Virus record (IMG/VR): IMGVR_UViG_3300016665_000619
Coordinates: 1-64,000 of that record
Direction: 5' to 3' (one strand)
DNA: 64,000 nt
From: a virus
A program made the translations under genes and the position numbers. Each line of letters begins with the position of its first letter. Position 1 is the first letter of the stretch. The notes under the pieces are model-generated. The model made no database searches and was not told where the DNA came from. It worked only from the letters and a program-made list of their open reading frames with translations. Below are positions 58,922 to 64,000 of this stretch, in pieces.

Positions 58922-60103
58922 ATGACAAAGAAAACAGTTATTCTTCGTGGTCCAGTATTAACCGAAAGTGGTTATGGTGTTCATGCTCGTCAAGTAGCTC
59001 GTTGGCTGTTTGATTTAGCGGATAGAACTGGTAATATTGATGTTGTAACAGAACCTCTTCCTTGGGGTGCTACTCCTTGGCTTGTTGATGCATATGCTCA
59101 TGATGGTCTTGTAGGTCGTCTTATTCAAGCTGCTGGCAAGAGAGATAAATACGATGTATCCCTCCAGCTTCAACTTCCAAACGAATGGAATCCATTTCTT
59201 GCAGATTTTAATATTGGTTTAACTGCTGGTGTTGAAAGCGATGTTTGTAATCCTGCATGGATATCTGCCATTAATCGAATGGACTTATTAATTGTTCCTT
59301 CAGAATTTGTTAAAAACGTTTTTGCAAATACTGGCGAAATCAAGACAAAGATTGCCGTTATTCCAGAAGCATTTATTGACTCTGTTGCAAAGCCAGAACT
59401 TCCACAGCTTGATTTGGAAGAAATAAAAACAGATACAAATTTCTTGGTATTTGGACAGATTACCGGCAATAATCCAGAAAATGACCGTAAGAATATGTTT
59501 TATACGGTTAAGTGGTTGTGTGAACAGTTTGCAGATAACTCAAACGTTGGAGTCGTTATTAAAACAAATACCGGTCGCCAAACAGTTGTAGACCGTATCA
59601 GAACAACCAATTTATTATCTCAACTCACATTAGAAGTCAAGAAGGGTGCAGAGTTTCCGAAGATTTATCTTCTTCATGGAGATATGTCAGACGATGAAGT
59701 GGCTGCTCTATATCGCCACCCAAAGATCAAGGCTCTTGTTGCTCCAACTCGTGGTGAAGGATTTGGTCTTCCTATTCTTGAAGCAGCAGCTTCTGGTCTT
59801 CCAGTTATTGCTACTGGTTGGAGTGCTCATACTGAGTTCCTTGGCAAAGGAAAGTATGTTAAGCTTGATTATCGTCTTGAGCAAATTCATCCAACCCGTG
59901 TAGATAATCAGATTTGGATGCCAAATGCCAAGTGGGCAAACGTTAAGGAAGATGATTTCAAGCATCGTGTAAAGAAGTTTGTAGAAAGTCCACAGATGCC
60001 CCAACAATGGGCTAAGGAACTATCCGAAACTCTTAAGCGTGAATATTCTTTTGAAGCAGTAGCGGCTCAATATACTGAACTTCTTAAGGACGTGTTAGGA
60101 TGA
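58922..60103 (+). CDS. GT4-like glycosyltransferase
   Basis: SGYGVHAR, DRKN, TRGEGFGLPILEAAASGLPVIATGWSAH. Confidence 0.88.
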   Translation: MTKKTVILRGPVLTESGYGVHARQVARWLFDLADRTGNIDVVTEPLPWGATPWLVDAYAHDGLVGRLIQAAGKRDKYDVSLQLQLPNEWNPFLADFNIGLTAGVESDVCNPAWISAINRMDLLIVPSEFVKNVFANTGEIKTKIAVIPEAFIDSVAKPELPQLDLEEIKTDTNFLVFGQITGNNPENDRKNMFYTVKWLCEQFADNSNVGVVIKTNTGRQTVVDRIRTTNLLSQLTLEVKKGAEFPKIYLLHGDMSDDEVAALYRHPKIKALVAPTRGEGFGLPILEAAASGLPVIATGWSAHTEFLGKGKYVKLDYRLEQIHPTRVDNQIWMPNAKWANVKEDDFKHRVKKFVESPQMPQQWAKELSETLKREYSFEAVAAQYTELLKDVLG

Positions 60104-60510
60104 TAATATTTTTAGGAATATTTAGTTTGGTGCTACTAATTTCATTAGCAGTATCAATATTTTATCTAATTCGTTTCGCACGTATTATTATGATTATCGA
60201 GGATGATTTTTCTGATGCGATTGAAGCATTAGAAGACACTGAGAAAACATTAGAAAAAATACTTGGCATGAGATTGTTCTTTGATAGCAAAGAAGTTCAA
60301 TTGGTCGTGCAAGAGGCAATGTCAGAAGTTAAGAAGAGTAAAATGTCTGTAAATCGTGTTGCTCTTAAGTTTGTTGATCGTAGTAAACAAAAATACACAG
60401 TAGTGGTTGAAGAAGAACCAGATATACGTGAACTTCAAGAGAGAATCATGAGAGAGCGTCTACTCCGAGGAGATATGGTAGATGAAATTACGCAAGAAAA
60501 CTTCCGTTGA
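60100..60510 (+). CDS. hypothetical protein with N-terminal TM helix
   Basis: MIIFLGIFSLVLLISLAVSIFYLI followed by coiled coil. Confidence 0.75.
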   Translation: MIIFLGIFSLVLLISLAVSIFYLIRFARIIMIIEDDFSDAIEALEDTEKTLEKILGMRLFFDSKEVQLVVQEAMSEVKKSKMSVNRVALKFVDRSKQKYTVVVEEEPDIRELQERIMRERLLRGDMVDEITQENFR

Positions 60511-61324
60511 TATTTCAGCAGATATACAAGAGATAAGTGAATTATTAACGGTAGAAGTCCGATCTGATTCTATTCCTCCTGTAATATATCCTGAAAAGAA
60601 AAAAGGTAGAAAAAAGATTAAGCGCAAAGGTGATCAACCTACTTTAATCAATTATTTTACAGATAAAACTCAAGAACAAATCATAGTGTATCAGCAAGAA
60701 GCCGATACAGAAAAAAAGAAAAAGATTTACGTCAAGGAGATACTTCCTGCCTTTGATAGTCTTGTAGAAAATCTCATAAACGTTTATGGGTTTTCAGTAA
60801 TGTATGAGAGCAAGCAAGACCTCAAGCATGAATGCCTTCAGTTCTTGTATACCGCTGTTGATAAGTTCAATGCCGAGAAGGGCAGCAAAGCTTTCTCTTA
60901 TTTCAACGTAGTAGCAAAGAACTGGCTTACTATTAAAAGTAAGCAAAATATGAAAAGGGCACAGAGTTATATTTCGATTGATGATCGTGAAAATCTTTCA
61001 AAAGAAGATTTAGAGCAAATTGAAACACATCAGTTTCATCCGGGATTTGAAGATATATATACAACCGTCAATACTCATGAATATTTGACAAAACTAGTTG
61101 TTGCTATTGAAGATAAGACAAAGACCGAAAATGAAAAAATGGTAGTTAACGCTATTAAAGTTTTAATATCTAATCTTGAAGATGTTGATCTTTTAAGTAA
61201 AAGAGCGATACTACTCTATGTAAGGGAACTCACAACTTTAAGTTCAAAACAGCTTTCAATTGTATTGAGTTCTCTTAAGAGACATTATCGTGACGTAAAA
61301 AATGGTGATGACTTTAGTATTTGA
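60482..61324 (+). CDS. phage sigma-factor-like protein (T4 gp55-like region 2)
   Basis: NYFT...Q..I, LVENLI, DLKHEC...KFNAEKGSKAFSYFNVVAKNWL. Confidence 0.7.
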   Translation: MKLRKKTSVDISADIQEISELLTVEVRSDSIPPVIYPEKKKGRKKIKRKGDQPTLINYFTDKTQEQIIVYQQEADTEKKKKIYVKEILPAFDSLVENLINVYGFSVMYESKQDLKHECLQFLYTAVDKFNAEKGSKAFSYFNVVAKNWLTIKSKQNMKRAQSYISIDDRENLSKEDLEQIETHQFHPGFEDIYTTVNTHEYLTKLVVAIEDKTKTENEKMVVNAIKVLISNLEDVDLLSKRAILLYVRELTTLSSKQLSIVLSSLKRHYRDVKNGDDFSI

Positions 61325-61378
61325 TTAACATTATATTTGTTATACAAATAAGTTGAAAACATCGATATATTTAGGGGT

Positions 61379-61861
61379 ATGGCAAAGAAAAAAATCCCAG
61401 TATATCAACCAGCAGCACCTTCATTTCAAGCACAGACTCCTCCAGACGAACCAGATATAACAGGAATGGAAGTTGGTTTCCGTCGTCCAAATATAGATGA
61501 TCTGGACGAGAAGATCAATAAACAGCTTCATGACTTTTCTGCGCTTTTAAACCAGATATCCTCTGTAGAAGATAAACAGAAGGCACTCTGGAAACAGATT
61601 TACGAGAATGCAGTTCAAGACCGTAAGAACGCTTATATCATGTGGATAGACCTTTATGGATATGTCCACGCTAATCCTAATGAGCACGCCATACATGGTC
61701 AGAACTTGTCTCGCTACATGGAAAGAATGAGCAAGGCAAATGATCAAATTCTCAAGCTTACAGAACTAGTTTCTAAAGCCAGTGAAGAGGATTTGGACGA
61801 AATGATGAGTGAAGAAGATATTTATGATAAAATCCAACAAACAACCGGTTTGAAACAATGA
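61379..61861 (+). CDS. conserved helical hypothetical protein
   Basis: 160 aa; ATATTTA 5 nt upstream of the ATG. Confidence 0.75.
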   Translation: MAKKKIPVYQPAAPSFQAQTPPDEPDITGMEVGFRRPNIDDLDEKINKQLHDFSALLNQISSVEDKQKALWKQIYENAVQDRKNAYIMWIDLYGYVHANPNEHAIHGQNLSRYMERMSKANDQILKLTELVSKASEEDLDEMMSEEDIYDKIQQTTGLKQ

Positions 61862-63150
61862 TTTTATCAAAACATCAACAAATCTTAGAAAAAATAAAAA
61901 AAGTAATTCGTCCATTGGTTTTAGAACAGATGGATGAAGGTGGTCTTGGTGGTCACATGGCACATTTGCATGAAGATCAAGATTTAACTTTTGGCGAACT
62001 TAAAGCAATATTCGTCCAAGCCAGCAAAGGTAAACTGGAGAGTGTTACTGAAAAACTTGATGGACAAAATACTTTCTTCACTTTCAGCCCAACAGAAGGC
62101 TTAAGATTTGCTCGTAATACCGCTCACATAAAAACTGGTGGTATGGGCTCAGATGAAATAGAAACAAAATGGGCAGACAAACCTGCCGTTGCTGCCGCTT
62201 TTGGAAAAGCCTATAAAGTGTTATCTGCTGCTATAGCTGCCCTATCTCCAAAAGATAGACAAACCATATTTAATGATGGAAATATTTGGTATTCAGCAGA
62301 AATCGTTGGAACATTAAATCCAAACGTAATCAATTATGACCAAGATGCTGTCATATTCCATGAGAGTGGAACTGTATATGATGAAAATGGTGAGCCACTA
62401 AACGTTGATACAAGTGCAAACTTTGCTAAACTTGTTTCTTCTGTTAATAGAATGCAGGCAGCAATAAAAGATAGTGGCTGGAAAGTTATGGGACCGGTCA
62501 TGGTTCCATTACAAAAGCTTTCTAATAATGAGCCATTAGAAATTGCTATAGCTTCTCTTGACCAAATAATGAATCGTCATGGTATGACCAATGACAATAG
62601 TCTTGGTGATATGTTTGAAGAGTATGTTGCCTCAGACGTTCTTAAAGATATTGTAGCAGATGATGATACCAAACAATATATTGCTGAACTAGTATCAGAT
62701 TTTGATAACAATATTACAAGTAAAAAGCCAATATTGGCAGACTTAGTAAGTGAAGGTTTGATTCAAAAGGAAGATTTAAAAGCTATTAGTTTTGTTATTA
62801 AGGACGGTCCAAGACTTTATACTGCCCTTGTGGAACCGGTTAGAGAAATAGTTAGAGAGTTTGCTGTTGAAGTTCTAAAAGCCGTTCAAAGCTATCTTAT
62901 CATAAATCCAAATAAGGAAATTCAACGACTACGTGGAGAAGTTGAAAAGGCTATTTCCGCAATAGAAAAAACCGGAACAGAACGTTCAAATGAAGTTTTG
63001 CAAAAAGAGCTTGGTCGTTTACGTAACATGGATAACATTACAAGCTCAATGGAAGGAGTAGCTTTCAAATATAATGGAAAGCTATATAAACTTACAGGCG
63101 CTTTTGCTCCAGTTAATCAAATACTTGGAATAGCAAAGTATGGTAGATAA
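61858..63150 (+). CDS. ligase-like nucleotidyltransferase-fold protein (DUF6267-like)
   Basis: EGGLGGHMAH, TEKLDGQN (motif I KxDG), EGVAFK (motif IV-like), YKLTG. Confidence 0.65.
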   Translation: MILSKHQQILEKIKKVIRPLVLEQMDEGGLGGHMAHLHEDQDLTFGELKAIFVQASKGKLESVTEKLDGQNTFFTFSPTEGLRFARNTAHIKTGGMGSDEIETKWADKPAVAAAFGKAYKVLSAAIAALSPKDRQTIFNDGNIWYSAEIVGTLNPNVINYDQDAVIFHESGTVYDENGEPLNVDTSANFAKLVSSVNRMQAAIKDSGWKVMGPVMVPLQKLSNNEPLEIAIASLDQIMNRHGMTNDNSLGDMFEEYVASDVLKDIVADDDTKQYIAELVSDFDNNITSKKPILADLVSEGLIQKEDLKAISFVIKDGPRLYTALVEPVREIVREFAVEVLKAVQSYLIINPNKEIQRLRGEVEKAISAIEKTGTERSNEVLQKELGRLRNMDNITSSMEGVAFKYNGKLYKLTGAFAPVNQILGIAKYGR

Positions 63151-63198
63151 TAAAGAAGCCATATATTAAAATTTGTTTTAGGTTATATCTATTAGAGT

Positions 63199-64000
63199 AT
63201 GCCTAGAGCCGGAACAAACATAATACGTAGTTTAACTGGTGGTGTTGGTGCAAACACGTCTTTAATGACGCAAGTTTTTACAACAACACAAACTCCAACG
63301 TTGCAAAGAGCAGTTGTTGTTGATGTTATAACCGATCTTTCTTTGCTCACCGAAGAATATAAAGAAGCATTAACTCAAACAGTTAATAATGCTGAACTTT
63401 TAGATGTTTTATCTGTCAACTGTGTTATTGCTAGAATAATATCCTCCAACGAAGGAAATGGTGCTAATTCTAATACCATTCTATTTCCTTTTTATTCTTC
63501 GCATTTCATGTTGCCTGTTATGCCTGGTGAACAGGTGTATGTAATATATGAAGATTTCGTTGGCACAGGAACAAAAGTTGGCTATTGGATGTCTAGAGTC
63601 GCCGGATATGGAACTTACGAAGATCCAAACTATACACATGACGATAGAAGATTTGATCCTACAATCAATCAAGGAACATATACCACTAGAGAAATAGCTG
63701 AAAGAAATGCTGGATTGGGTCCGGAAACATTTCAAAACGGTGGAAATACAGTAGAAACTTCAACGTTGGCAGTAAACGAAAGAAACGTTACTGAGAATCC
63801 TTACGATACAATATTCAATGAAGCTCGAGCGAGTGCTTACTTTACTCCGGAGCCAGTTCCAAGATGGAAGAAACGTCCACAAGAATTAATATTGCAAGGC
63901 GCCAATAACGCTTTGATAATGTTAGGCGAAGATAGAAATGGACCTATCGACGGTGCTATCAATGATAATCCGGTTGATATTATTAAGTTAGGAGGAGCAC
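63199..64000 (+). CDS. partial ORF, probable baseplate hub/gp5-like OB-fold protein
   Basis: MPRAGTNII...RAVVVDV...LFPFYSSHFMLPVMPGEQVYVIYE...GYWMSRV...LILQGANNALIMLG; open to the window end. Confidence 0.55.
   Translation, partial: MPRAGTNIIRSLTGGVGANTSLMTQVFTTTQTPTLQRAVVVDVITDLSLLTEEYKEALTQTVNNAELLDVLSVNCVIARIISSNEGNGANSNTILFPFYSSHFMLPVMPGEQVYVIYEDFVGTGTKVGYWMSRVAGYGTYEDPNYTHDDRRFDPTINQGTYTTREIAERNAGLGPETFQNGGNTVETSTLAVNERNVTENPYDTIFNEARASAYFTPEPVPRWKKRPQELILQGANNALIMLGEDRNGPIDGAINDNPVDIIKLGGA

Noticed and set aside
41635-60103. Bacterial O-antigen locus or host contamination
   Set aside because: Contiguous and translationally coupled with phage-type genes, and lacks a flippase, polymerase and chain-length regulator
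63481-63735. 84-aa minus-strand ORF
   Set aside because: Antisense to the plus-strand partial ORF starting at 63199
1-64000. Alternative genetic code (stop-codon recoding); tRNA or rRNA genes
   Set aside because: Coding density is high under the standard code, TAA/TGA/TAG all end genes next to downstream starts, and no cloverleaf or rRNA sequence was recognised

Overview
This window looks like 64 kb of a large (jumbo-type) tailed dsDNA phage genome, not a cellular chromosome. Genes are dense, use the standard genetic code and are mostly of unknown function. In order: (1) 0-7 kb, small early-type genes with sigma70-like promoters and intrinsic terminators, including Cys-rich lipoproteins, thymidine kinase, a RadA-like ATPase and a DUF2827-like protein. 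(2) 7-12.3 kb, six proteins sharing an N-terminal 'MKLxxLLxYLLE' leader (three kinase-like, one GNAT-like, two ADP-ribosyltransferase-like). They flank a ~515 bp structured non-coding region where local GC skew flips, a candidate origin or terminus. (3) A metalloprotease and an FN3-repeat protein, then a minus-strand operon containing an unannotated candidate -1 frameshift, a degenerate GroEL, an Hc1-like protein and PIN-PhoH. (4) 25-37.5 kb, fibre/appendage genes and a prim-pol. (5) IMPDH/GMPR, a Cas4/RecB-like nuclease and a ~20-gene nucleotide-sugar/glycosylation cluster (38-60 kb). (6) A gp55-like sigma factor, a ligase-like protein and a partial baseplate-type gene. A recurrent (A/C)TATTTA motif precedes the structural-type genes and is a candidate late promoter. 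All product calls come from motif recognition by eye; no database searches were run.
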